A stretch of DNA of 62,286 bases from positions 1 through 62,286 of the forward strand of contig LVLI01000002.1 of assembly GCA_001687465.1 (NCBI GenBank), read 5' to 3'. Every line of letters begins with the position of its first letter. The first letter of the stretch is position 1. This document shows, piece after piece, positions 47,901 to 60,387 of the stretch. The DNA comes from Halocafeteria seosinensis. Taxonomy: Eukaryota. Both the position numbers and the translations under genes were made by a program. The notes beneath the pieces are model-generated. The model saw nothing but the letters and a program-made list of their open reading frames with translations, was not told where the DNA came from and did no database searches.

Positions 47901-50900
47901 AAGCCATATCCAACTGCAACAGCGGCAGCACCTTCGCGTGCATCAGAAAGCCAAAGTAGGTTGGCCTGAGCTCTCTCACTAATCCCTGATTGCATATCGG
48001 ACGTAACCGACCTCACCAGGTCACCTTTGCTAATCTCACGGGGAGTTGCAAAGAGTTGTGACGATGCCATAAATTTTGTTTCATTGTCGCTTTCCCTGCT
48101 GGAGGTCACGTATAGAAATGGAAAAAGACTTTCAACTTGACTGCTTTCCTCCACCCCATTGTACATGGGAGCCGCAAAGCGGGCTTGCTCCAATAAAATC
48201 ATTGTAGTATGCGCCTTTTGATAGGCCATAAGCAAATCCGCCATGCCTGAGTGTTCTAGTATCCCCAGTTCCGCATAGGTATGGAATGTCACTCCGGTGT
48301 GTTCATCCCCAATTCTTCCCGCGGACTGGCCCCCAACACCGCTTTCATGCCAATTCACGAACACTTGCTCGCCACTATCAGCTTCTTCAAAGCATTTGGA
48401 AAAGTAGACAGAGGTAAAACCCGTATCTCCTAGGTCACCGCCTTCGCTTTCTATAGCATGAACCAGTGTCTGACTAATGAAATTCCATTCCCGACCTGTA
48501 CCTCCGAGGCACGTAAAAGGCCTAGACAAACAGTTCTTCACGTGGCTACTTCGCCTCACCGCTGGAGCGGAGAAAGAAACTGTCAAGGGTTGAAGCAACA
48601 ATTCTGCGTCATACATCGCTCCTGAAAGAAGCCGAAGAGCGTCCGGCAGAGATCTTAACCGCAATGGTCTAAAGTACTTTCCAGCGTTAGCTTTGAGCCT
48701 CTCGACAGAGTCCAGCAAACGGTTATAATCCTCAGGTAGCTCGCTTTGGCTAGCGTCTGTCTCAAAAGTTTCCGTTGCCACCCTCTTAGCTTTCTCAAAG
48801 TGCCATCCCCATTGCCAGGCGTATCGAGAATATGGCCAAGCATGAGTCTTCTCTTTCAGACGCTGATCCATGCGGTCCACCAACGGGGCTGTCAACACAG
48901 TTCGCGGAGCAAATAGCCACAAATAACCAAGGACAAAACGTGAAGCAACATGTCCTTCCGCTGCAATGTCGACAATTTTATCCAGGGCATCCTCCAAGCC
49001 CAGTTGGCTTGCCTCAGATTTCAACAGATCATCCGCTGGCCTACCGAAAGAATCAAGAGAAAACGGAACGTCATAGAAAGGGTTCGCTTGGTTCTCCAAA
49101 CTTTCTTTAAAATCCGACAGATCAGACACTCGTTCAGCGTTTACGTCAAAACTGAAGCTCCATTCAGAGCGCATAATTTTATCGCGAGACTCCGTGGTCT
49201 CATCGGAAGGACGCTGGCTGGAGGGCGGTCTTCCAATCGTTAAACCGTTCTGTGCTAGCACGAAGTAAGCGACCTTATATTCGTTCTCCCGCGGATGAGG
49301 GGCTGGAAGAGGTAAAGGCAGACCTATGGAAGTATTGAAAAACTGAATAGGTGGATCCAATGGTGCAAAAAGGAAGCTGTTCTCTTCAACAAACGGGTCC
49401 AGGTCCATCTGGTCAGCATCACTTTCGTCAAGTTCTATTCGCTCAACAAAGCTGTTCTCCTTTTTCTCCGGCGGGTCAACTATTTTTATCTCTACTGATT
49501 GAAAAATTTCCTGCAAGCCCACGAACAAACTTTTCTTGTCAGTTTTGTCGTTAATTGCATGAATTTCTACTTACACTCATTTGTATGTACTCCCGCAGCT
49601 GGTCTCCCCACATCTCTCGCAGGACTTCGTCATAGGGAAAATAGAACTCATTGCCGTCAATACGCTGTACAAGTTCATCCACTTTTTCCCTCGGTACTGC
49701 TTCCGAAGCACCCACGCTCAATAAAAAGTTCCGTAAATCCTCCTTCACAAATTCTTTTGTATTTTCCTGATCATCAAACAGTCTTACATATTCCCCGAAG
49801 GAAACGCCAATTACTCGAGCTAGCTCTGCCTGCCCGACACTTTGTAGGCGCTCCCAGGGATACACTACCTGATTGCTTGTTTCAGTCACGCCTTCATCGT
49901 GCGCAGTATCCTCCGTCGTCCCGGGCTGGTTTTCCTCGTCTAGTACTCCATTTTCGCCTGCGAGCTCGTCTTCCCTAGTCACTTCAGCCTCCGGGTTCTC
50001 GTCTGGCATTGTAGCCTCGGTATCCTCCATTGTCCTTGGATTACTTTCCTCATCTACTGCTTCCGTTCCCTCTGATAACTCACCAGTAGTCTTATCCTCT
50101 AAATCCTCCTCAGGTGTTGTACTTTCGTCAACCGGAATGTCGTGAGGAAAGCCCGCAGCTACTGGCCTTGCTTGGTCTCTTTCCTGGCCTATTGTGGCCT
50201 CATCTTCTCCAGCAATAAACTGCGTACTCTGGAAGGACTCTTGGCCCTCTCTTCCACCACTATCCACTGCGGTTGAATGGCTTATTTCCCCTGCATAAGA
50301 ACTTGTTTCCGGCTCCTGGGATGATTCAGTATTTGTCTCTCCTATAAATGAGTCCTCGTTCTCTTGGACAACCCCTGCGGTGCTCTCTACTTCATTTGCT
50401 TGCGCATTAGAATCCTCGCTCATGTTCACGCCGATGCCATCCTGATCTTCTCCACCCCCAGCATACCCCTCAGAAACTACGGTGTCTCGTGAATCATCTG
50501 CTCGTTCAGCATCAGAACTAGATCCAGGCTCCTCTTGCGCACTATCCTTCCCGACAACAGAGGCATCGGCATTCTTCTCCGGATTTCGAAGAGAATCGCC
50601 ACTTTCAGATATTTCCATGGGCTCTACAGGAGTACCTTGCCCTGGCGAGTGCTGCTTTGTTGTTTCCTCTGCTTTCGTTTCGGTCGATTTCATAGTAACC
50701 TTCTCTGCATTTAGCCTGTCACTTTTTCCCGTTTCTTGCGTAGTTCCCTCCGCCGACGACTGCGCATGATGTTCGAACCGCTGAGGCTCCATTGACCTCT
50801 CTGTATGCCCGACAGTGTCTGCAGCCTCGGAGCAATGGTACTCCTCATCATGACAACGTGAAGACCTATCACTCTCCATTGCAGCTGGCTCGACTGGATT

Positions 50901-51608
50901 TCTATCGACGCGCTCCTGATCCTGATCCTCCCCAGCTGCGCTATCTCCCCTATCTTCAGTATGTTCCACCGACTTCGACACCTCCTCCTCGTGATCCTCA
51001 TCCTCCCCAGCTGCGCTATCTCCCCTATCTTCAGTATGTTCCACCGACTCTCCCTTCTCCGACACCTCCTCTTCGTCCTCGCACTCACTATTCGCGTTCA
51101 GTTTTTCCTTGCCTTTAACTTCCTGTGGCTCGTCTACGGGAGCATGATTCGGTTTCGTATCTTCCTGAGTCTTCGACCTTGGCGACTTCACTGGGGCCTC
51201 ACCGTTCTCCCTTTCCGTACTTGCCGTTTCTTCCTCCTGACTTTTCTGCGGCTTCTCCCCGGGGGCTTCATCCTGAGGACGTTGTAGTTCTGACTGGGTA
51301 GAAGGGCCAGAAACGTCAATATCGTCCTCAGAGGCCGACTGTCCCTCTGTTTCCACCATACGGGCCTCACAAACCCACGGCGTCTGTTTCCGAGGCGTAT
51401 ACACTATAGATGAAGACGCAAGCACGACTAAAAATAGTGTAATTAAAAAGTACCCTTTTCTATGAGGGTATACCCCGGAAGGGAGCTTTGAATACTGTGT
51501 AAAACAAGTGAAATCGTCCTCAAAGTATCGCGGCTTCCTGCGCCCTCGTCGCCGTCTTATGCTACTAAAAGAGCCCATTACAGTGTCCCTCCCTCGATAC
51601 ACAACCAT
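44998..51608 (-). CDS. Very large Sel1-repeat membrane protein (SEL1L/Hrd3-like) with acidic low-complexity N-terminal region
   Basis: ORFs 49551-51608, 47798-49528, 47076-47585 and 44998-46881 are joinable by introns. Sel1 motifs AAEALGEIYFHG..ARHYFGQAAAGG and ALNGLGYIY. N-terminal hydrophobic segment, C-terminal TM, and a 75-bp coding duplication at 50925 and 51000. Confidence 0.75.
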
Positions 51609-52022
51609 CCGTATTGCTGGAATACGACGAGTAGAATAAACATATATGAAAAGTTGGTGGAGATGGATAAATCAGTTGTATACAACAGACAATCCCAACC
51701 ATACAGATATTGTACGTAGACGCTGACGTGCGTTGTTCATATACTTTACTCATAGGAAGAAAAAAACAAGGTTCCATCCATTATCCAGAAGAGAGGAAAA
51801 GAGAGAGAAAAAAGACATTTAATATGTCCTTGAACTAGTAGTACGATAACATGACTTCCCACAAATTGGTCCACAACTGAGTAGGAAGAGTTTGGTATTG
51901 ATCTACAACTGCACCGGGAGGTATTGGCCGTCGAAGCAATGGTGGGATCCACTCCCTCGATTCTGATATGTTAAGAAAATAAGGTGTGTCGCCTTCTCTC
52001 TTGCTGCTCATACGGACTCAAT

Positions 52023-53597
52023 TTAACTGGTCCTACTCTTCTTGTTCTTCTTGCCTTTTTTGCTAGCACCCAGACAGTCACGCACAAATTGATCTACTAC
52101 CCAGAAGGTCTTGTTATCAATAGAGTCTATATCAATTTCTATATCGTCAGGATCAATCTGTGTAACTCGTAGGGGGAAATTTGGTGAACGACGAGAAACC
52201 CAGATGCAAGAGCATCACGACGTACCTTCTTGATACAGTTTTCACACCTTGAGTCCAATATCTGCACAAGCTTCCCTAAATCTTCGCTCGATACCATGTA
52301 TATGTTTTGGCTGAAAGCTTTCTTGTCAGCCAGCGTTGGATATCTATTTTCTTTCTCCATGTCAGCTGCGGACAGAGCAAATTTGCAAGTGAAGAAGACT
52401 AAGCTGGTATCGCAATGGAAAGCAGTTTCCACCTACTAGGATCAACTTTGATTTTTTTAAACTTTTCTTGGAACTCTTTCTTCATTTCGGCCGCGGCGTT
52501 GAAGAAGTCCGATCCATCTTGGTTGTACGTCATGCAGTTATCCCATACCAAGTTCATATCACGCTCAAATTCTAGGGGCGATGAGTATTCACCTCGGTCC
52601 ATCTTCGCCTGTTTTGAGTTAAAACAAAGCCGACAATTCCATCAAATTGTGATGGAGCTCTTAATTTTAGTATTTTCACGTACCTGAATTGTTCCAAGAT
52701 CCATCGGATGTTTGATGACTTTTGGGTAATCCAACAGTCCCCATTCTTTCCATTTAACCGGCTCCAGGAAGGGGTCTGATCAATCCAAACAAGTATATGA
52801 GGATGTGATAACAAGAGGCACTGAAAATTTCCTCGCCAACTTACCAGCATCTTTGTGGTTCCTGAAGTATGTTAAGATCTTTTGGCACTGGACGAAGCCA
52901 ACATATGAAATGACAAAAAAGGTAGGGACCAACCACTAGGGCATGTAAAGGGCAACAAAAAAGCACCGGGGGGGAGCACGACAGGACAGAGAGACAGAGC
53001 AGCCTTTCATTCACAATGATCTTTTCATTATATATGAACCGATTCAAACCCCAAGAAATATCCCCAATATGACCCTATGGTGTCAATGATCACCCTCTGG
53101 ATCACTGGTGGGGGTGACAGGAAGTGACTCATTCAGCTCTTTTTTGTCGTTTTCCCCTCGCTGGTTCTGACGAGGAATCCAGATCGACACCCCCATCCCA
53201 AAGTTGGTCACACAGTTCCCCTTTTCGGCTCTGACCGAATTCACGCCGCTCAGACATACACCCCGTATATCAGAGGAAAGAGCTAGATATGCACTTGCTG
53301 GAAAGTATTTTGAAAGACATTCATACACTCTTCGCCATCCCCATTTTTTTCAAATACAGCAAGTCGTGTGTACGAGTGCCATTCCCTCTACCCACTCTGT
53401 AGGGTCTCCTAGGAGTCCACCAACACGATTGCATGGATACCCCTGCAGAGAGGGTGAACATGTGCATTACTCGAAAGGCTTACCTCTTCCAAGGCCTCCT
53501 GACTACCGGGTTTGGATCCAGAACCACCCTCTTCTTTAGGTGCTGTCGGGGCTGCTGCTGTTTCTACAGGAGTATTTGTTTCTCCACTCGCCGCCAT
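52023..53597 (-). CDS. Single bromodomain + NET/ET domain protein (BET/GTE-like)
   Basis: QEALEE|CQKILTYFRNHKDA|DPFLEPV..DYPKVIKHPMDLGTI|..NCMTYN; ET domain DLGKLVQIL..DIEIDIDSID. First intron 52888-53483. Confidence 0.9.
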
Positions 53598-54060
53598 CTT
53601 GCTTTAGCACTGAACCAATGGCACTGTCCGTATATATGCTCAAGGATATACCTGCTGAGATCGATCGATTTCGTTGGGAGCCCTACGAGCAATAAGCGTC
53701 TCTCTCAATACACCGACGTCAAGCGATAAAAGGAGTCTCCACTCCGGTAGCAGGGCATTATGGAAAGACGAATCAACACACTCGGGAAGGCAGAATGCTC
53801 TCGGAGGAACTGATCTAGGTCTCTCGAACTTTGGCTGTTTTGAAGTATCGGGGCACGGGTGTGTCGGGCAAACTTCGGGGCCAAATTGGGCCGGTCACCC
53901 GCACCTTCACAAGTGAAACAATTGTTTATCTTGTATTTTCAATTCAAATGGCTTTGAAAGCCGTCTTTCCATGCTTTCCCGGGCCGTATTGACGTGCACA
54001 GGGCGTATCTGAAACCTCATGTAAGCTTTTTGGGTTGGTATGAGAAAGGTAAATACAAAA

Positions 54061-56850
54061 ATGGAGTACGAACGTCGAGGACCTCTTGGATCCCGCGGAT
54101 ATGGGTCCATTGAATTTCCACACTTTCAACGTAGATTATGGGATCGTACACCCCTTCATGAGAAGTATACGGAGCACGGAGAGTCCAAGTCCTCTGACTC
54201 GTTCACACTACGTGCGCGTAACTACTCGCGCTGTCCTCCTATCGTCCTGAATAGTAATGTGATAAGCACACTGCGACAGGTAAGTTCCTCCACTGAGGCG
54301 CGCTCAGAAAAAGCAGTTCCCTTCAACTTTGCTGCTTGACCCAGGCTGTGCATAAACTCTCACCTGGAAAGAAGGAGTTGTACTCTGGAGCTACATTGTT
54401 TAAGATAGGAAACCTTCCAGGAGTAGCGGATGAACCAATGCAAGGTAAGCGTAGGTGCCCATTCTCGCCTGCGTCGTTGGCTGGCTAACTCCAATTATGA
54501 TCCTGCAGACTTCGCTCAAATAACTCACATATGGAAAGACTTAGAGAACGAATCAGCGGCTAACGAACTCGCTGAGCAGTATACTGACCACGGTCATGTT
54601 ATCCGTATCGAACTCGAACGAAAAACAAACGCACCTGATGAAGAACCTAACGACTCGGACTACACCGCACTAACATCCTCCACCAAAGATCTTCTATGGA
54701 CGCGGTTAGCACAATGGAGGATAGTAGCACAAAGCGTTAAGGCGGTATCCCCAGAATTATTTACTACCCAACCGTCTATCCCCTTTACTGCTAACGCTGA
54801 TGTATATCCAGCTCGGGAGTCTGAGACGGTTTATTCCGCTAGCGTTTCGGTTTCCAAAATTGTTGTCCGTGGAAGCGTTCAGGACGATGATACTGTTGAA
54901 TTAGATATCATGACATGCTCAACATTTCCAGTGACAGATATACACTATAATGCTGTCTCGCGTCCTGCTGTTCGCACTGGAGACGCGCTAGCAGACACAC
55001 TGAACAGATGTAAGAGATTTCCCACGTTCTACAAGGACTTTGAGCGTACAGATGTACTTCCACAACCTTCGCTCTCATACGACACCGTAGTATGGGGATA
55101 CCTGACTCTAGATTACGTTCGCCGTGTCATGCCACTGATGAGGTCAGATCCGCTGGTGGGAACTGTGCCGGTGGTTGGCCTTTGGTTTAGAGCAGGACAG
55201 CAAATCTCATCCGACAAAGAGCAAGAGCCCTGGTGGAAGCGAACTCTGTGTACAGGTACTGTGCGATCTGCGATAATGCATTTCTTGTACAGTTCAGAAG
55301 ATGCAGTTGGGAAAAAAATTGGTCATGAGGACGCTAGAGGTTGTCATTATTTGGCTCTTGCATTTCCTCCAGAGAATTACTGCTATGGCACGTCTCATGG
55401 TGAAGGATTATGTGCAGTCGAATTTTGCAGTTCTCCAATGGATGAGGATGACAGTTTGTATTCTGCGAAAATTCGCGTCGCCGATAACAAGGTCACAAAG
55501 ATCAACACTTTGCGGGAAAAGGGAGAAACCAAAGCCACGCTGGAATGCTCCCTGGTTATACAACCGACATGTGGCCTAAAAACGCACTCATTGGCTTTGA
55601 ATCATACTGAAAGAACCAGTGAGAGAGCTGAGTCAAGTTCCGGTCAAGCTCACGCTGAATACTCTACAACCGTAGTTCCAGAGACGGTAATTTCCCATAC
55701 TCAACGCTACATGCCACCTGAGGACACCACCCCAATACCCAAGACGGCGCCCCCTGAACCCCATCGCGAGCCTAGTCTTCCTGAATCGAGCCCTTCAGGA
55801 TCAAAATCTGCGCGCTATAGCTGTACAAAAGAGGATGTTGAAACCCTTGGAGGAGGAAGGAGTTATAGAGGCATATCAGAACACGAACAAGAAACGCAGC
55901 AACAGCTGGAGTCAACCGATACAGAAACTGCAACAGATGCTGATTTAGTGGATCATGAGGCAGGTATATCCGAAAACCATACACAAGGCGGTAAGAGCGA
56001 GAGTGACTCGTGGCTTCCGTACCGGTTTAGCTATTCCAGGGATATCACTACGGAAGTAGAGGAAGATGACATCACTGACGCAAGCAGCTCCATTTCTGAG
56101 CAGTCTTCAGATGCTGCTCTCATGGCTGTTCCTAGCATTCCTGAGATGTCGATGCTAGAAAGCGGCTCTCAAAGTCCAAACGAACAGGAAGATGACGGCG
56201 AACGCTGGCTTCCGGAAGCAGTCAGCAAGCCTCCTCGTAGCAGTATCCACGCGGCGTCTGGCCCGATTGAGAAGCAGCCACCGTCCCGCCATGATGACCG
56301 ACGCAACAACACACTTGAGGTTTCAATGATTAACTTGCTCAAGGGTTACGAAGAGAACGAAGAATTATCGGAACATGAAACATTCGTATACCAGAAATCG
56401 TATCACTGTTCGAGATATGCAGATAGCATGACTAGCCATAGCACCTTCTTGAAGGGGGAGGAAGATGCACAACAAGATTGGTATTTTCTCCAGGAACATG
56501 TGCAAATTCCCCATGCCCAGGAAACGTCAAGACCACATGTAGAGACAGAGGAAACTCCACTCCCGCAATATCCTCCCTCTCCACACCCTCCAAGCGAAGT
56601 GTCCGAAACGCCGTTATCCTCTGTTTCTCAACGATCTACTAGCTCGTCCGCGCAAAGATCTCGAAGAATCGCTCATTCTCCATTACGCTACAATCCGCCC
56701 GACTCCAAAGCAAAGGGTAGGCAGAATCCCGGTAACCGTAATGGCTCCCCAATCGGACAGCAATTGGATGAACAGAAACAGGCATTGAGAGAAAACCGTG
56801 CTAGATCCGCTCAGGAACTTGCAGATTTGACGAAGCTGGCGTTTGATTAA
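54061..56850 (+). CDS. STIL: STIL (SCL-interrupting locus) N-terminal-domain protein
   Basis: IEFP...LWDRTP at the N-terminus and GYLTLDYVRRVMPLMRSDPLVGTVPVVGLW, matching the STIL_N motif GYLTMD-x-RK-x-LL-x-SDP-x-PLVGIW; long disordered tail. Confidence 0.75.
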
Positions 56851-56908
56851 TGTATCTATATGTATATTTATCTTAGTGAGGTGCAATGGATTCCTTCTAT
56901 CAAGATGC

Positions 56909-59283
56909 TTAGCCCCGGGAAATTTTCCGGGACCGGCTTTTTCCCGCTTTCTCTTTGAGAATGCTCAACTGGCTTTGGAGATCCTCCGATAGCTCGTCAA
57001 TGGAATCAATTTGCTTTTCATGTTGCTGTTTGCGACCAACAATAACAGAATAAGTGTTTGACACACGATATCATCCACCTGACAATACGCACATGTCTAA
57101 TTTCCTCCATGCGGTTTATTGAGAAACTTCGCTCCTCGGCCTTGAAGTCCATGATCAGTTGGTCACAGCGTCTCTGTTCGCTCAGTTTACCACTATCCTC
57201 CTGAGAGAAACGCGGATGCGATAATGAGGTTGTAAAACAAGACGTTGCGAAAATCTTACCATCCCTATAAGAATAGTGGTATGGCCATCATGCATTTCCT
57301 TTATAGTTCCCTGGAGGAGTTCCCTATTAGATAAAAGCTGTAGTTGACCGAAATTACTTCTTCAATATATCACGAGTTAATTAGCCCTTGCCTCCCAAGT
57401 CATACCTCTTTCAAATCATCTGATAGCGCTAAAAATGCAGAATATGAGAAGATATTTCCAGCTTGTGGCGACTCCGAAATAGCGCTAGGAGTTTCTCCAG
57501 TTCTGTTAAGTGTTGCGGACACTTTCTCCGACCAGTCAAGTAGCTTTGAATACAAGTCCTCCTCCAGCTGTTCCATTGTTCTGAAAAATGCAGAATGTAT
57601 TCCCAGTTTGTTTTCCTTAAGTTGTTGGATTTGTATTTCAAAGTACTCTAGCAGTTCCTGGGTAAAAAGATGAAACACGATCGATGTTGTCGGCGTGAGA
57701 TTTAGCAGTACTAAGTTGTTCCACTAATTCACGTACCTGAACTTGCCCTTGTCTTTCCGTCTCGAGTTCCACCAAAGAATGGAACAACTCATCGCATCGT
57801 TGTCTTGTGTCCTCCAACATGTTTCGTAGTCCCTGCATCCGTTGAATCTGACGCTGTGGATGCATTTCCTCTTCTGACAAAATGGCGCTTGCTCCTGCGT
57901 TCACCTCCCTGTTGGTCTCCTTGTGCCTCTTGGAGAATTGAATGACGAGTTTGTTTGCCTCTGCATCGCTGTTTGCCCGAAGTACTTGGAGCGCCTTCCG
58001 GAAGCTTTTGGCTTCTCCACTGATCTGGTTCCCGCTTTCCAACCCCTTTGCGGCGAAATCGTTGGCAGCTTTCTCCGTTTCTTCATAAAAGCTGTACCAC
58101 AAGAAATGCGTGCTACGAATGTGTACTCACGGCCACTGAGTTAGGGGACGTACAACTCTTTCAAATTCTCGATACCGGGCAGCTTATTGATGTCCTCCCA
58201 AAGAGTATCTTCTCGGAAGAGTCTTTGCGTCAGATCATGAGATGAGTCGACAAAGTGCTCCTGCGGTCGAAGAATTTCCAGTAACAACTGTCTTAGAGGA
58301 TGAAAAAAGTTGCTTTACAAAACCATGTCTCACCCGCAGTTCTGCTAGCCTCTTTTGGCTTTCCCGCTCTTTCAATTGTTTGGCTCTACGTTTAGCGGCA
58401 ATATCTTCCAGCTCGCGAACATCGTCAATGGGAACGCCTGACTCGCGAGCTGCAACAATGTCTTCTTTCTCTACCTTCTCGTAGTCGAGGTAGTATAGCC
58501 AAGGAATATATGCTAGACAGTACGCCCTATAATCTGGTTCATCTGCCACTGGATTGCACGAGAGGTTCAAAACCTTCAGGCTCGTCAATTCTCTGAAGAG
58601 GGGGATCTGCATTGTCTACTAAGCATTACGATGCTGTCTACGTCCGCGAGTACGGAGCCACACTGCTCACATACCGTCTTCAAACCAGCAATCTTGTTGG
58701 AACCGAGTGATAACACCTCTAAACGCTCTAACGATTCCAAATTTTCTACTGTATCGATCTTGTTGGAACAAAGCGAGAGATCAGTTAAGTTAGTCAGCTT
58801 ATCCAGGCCTTCGATCCTTTCTATCTTATTGAAAGACAAATCTGCGAAGTACGGGAACGTGAACGAACTAAATTTGGAGCTCCTGTTATGTTGTGTACAC
58901 TTACCTAGCCATTGTAAGTTCACCAAACTGTCGAGATTCTCAATCTTTTTGATCTCGTTATTGTCGAGTTTCAAGTACCGGAGAGCTTTCAAAGAATCCA
59001 GAAAATCGATCTTTCCAATATCTGAGGATCATTGCGCGATGCAGGACACTTTGCAATGTAGTACGCTGTTCTTACTCGCTCACGTACTTTGGAATGAAAG
59101 GTGAAGACGTTCAACCTCGTGTAGGGGCGTTGGTCTATAAGAGGAGTAGTCAACCTCCGGATCGGTGTGATCTCGCCGCTCTTCGTTTTCTACAGCCGAC
59201 ACAAGGAGTTTTTGGGAGATAGACGTGACATCTTTGTCTCGGGGTAGGCCATTAGGTATACGAAGCCCGGGGGCGAGGTGCAT
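56909..59283 (-). CDS. DRC3: Dynein regulatory complex subunit 3 (LRRC48)
   Basis: LSFQ|NIGKID..LKLDNNEIKKIENLDSLVNLQWL|DLSFNKIERIEGL, LRR cap NPVADEPDYRAYCLAYIPWLYYLDY, then coiled coils. Confidence 0.85.
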
Positions 59284-59908
59284 GATGCAAAGCAACAACG
59301 GATTATGTGGCCATTCACACTGTAACGACGAAGACAACGTCCGCTCCTGCTAGATAGTGAATGCAACCATACTCTCTTCCTAACAAGGCACAAACTATGT
59401 GTATATAGCCATTCCACAATACTGGAAGTGTCATCGTACAACTCTGTAAACGGTCACCAACTTCAACAAACCAACACCGGAAGTTCAAGGCTTCGCTTAT
59501 TGCAGGCTCAGAATCGGTTTGTTGTGTCTCCGAAGCGATCAGTAGCAAAATACCAACAGGAGCCACTGCGAGCCTAACCCGAAGCGAGTTCTGTGTCTGT
59601 ATCGGAGCTATGCTGTGGCACTGGCAGCACCGCGAAGCTTGAGGAAGTCTGTCCCGGACTGTCCGCAAGTTCTGAATTGTACTATAGAACTCGCCTTCTA
59701 TCTATGGGGCATGAAGTGCATCCCATGAGCTTCTCAGCTCGTTCATACTGCTATATTGAGGTGCTGACGGATCCTATGACAAGTCGTCATATCTTTTTTA
59801 TTTTTGTCAGCAATATAGATACTTGTCACGTTCAACTCTATAATCGTCAGCGGCCATACTACGTAGAGTACACCGGACTCCCATCAGAACTCCGTTAGTT
59901 AAGCTGCG

Positions 59909-59990
59909 TTAGGGTGTGTCTTATTAACGGAAGTTGAAAAAAGTTGAAGTTGAAAAAGTGAAAAATCAACGACTTCAAGTTGGGTTGAAT
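59909..59990. mobile_element. Probable PIF/Harbinger terminus: TTA target plus GGGTGTGTCTTATTAAC TIR start and subterminal AAGTTG repeats
   Basis: TTA at 59909-59911, then GGGTGTGTC and clustered AAGTTG(AA)/TCAAC words, about 470 bp downstream of the transposase stop. The partner TIR was not seen in the window. Confidence 0.55.
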
Positions 59991-60294
59991 TCTTTCACCC
60001 GAAAGTCAACCAGAACGGGGTGGCTTAATAGTGTCGTTGACTGGGTAAATTCGGTGACTTTGGATCATTCGGTTTAATCGCGAGAGAAAGAGAGATGCAG
60101 ACGAGGGAAGAAGTGATATTCATCTGGTGTGATAGAGGCAGGTATATGCTACTCCAAGCCGGAGAATCACGTCGTTCGTGTCGCTGATGACTGAATGAGG
60201 AAGCTTCCACGCTGGGGATAAGCTTGCGGATCTGCCTGGCATCTCTTATTGCTATGCGACACCAATGCTGGTGTAGAGTTCCCCGGAGAGGGGT

Positions 60295-60314
60295 GAGAGA
60301 GAGAGAGAGAGAGA
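60295..60314. repeat. (GA)10 microsatellite
   Basis: Read directly from the sequence. Confidence 0.9.
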
Positions 60315-60387
60315 AAAAAAAAGGAGCATTTCACTCTGCGCTGGTGGCGTCTAACACCCACGCCCACAGAGAGGGAGGAAGACAGGC

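Noticed and set aside
53150..53270. TPP riboswitch (CGGGGTG..CTGAG and GATCTGGAT..CCAGCGAGGGGAA on the minus strand)
   Set aside because: The AUACCC partner of P2 and the P4 pairing are missing, the L5 loop is wrong, and the host gene is unrelated to thiamine.
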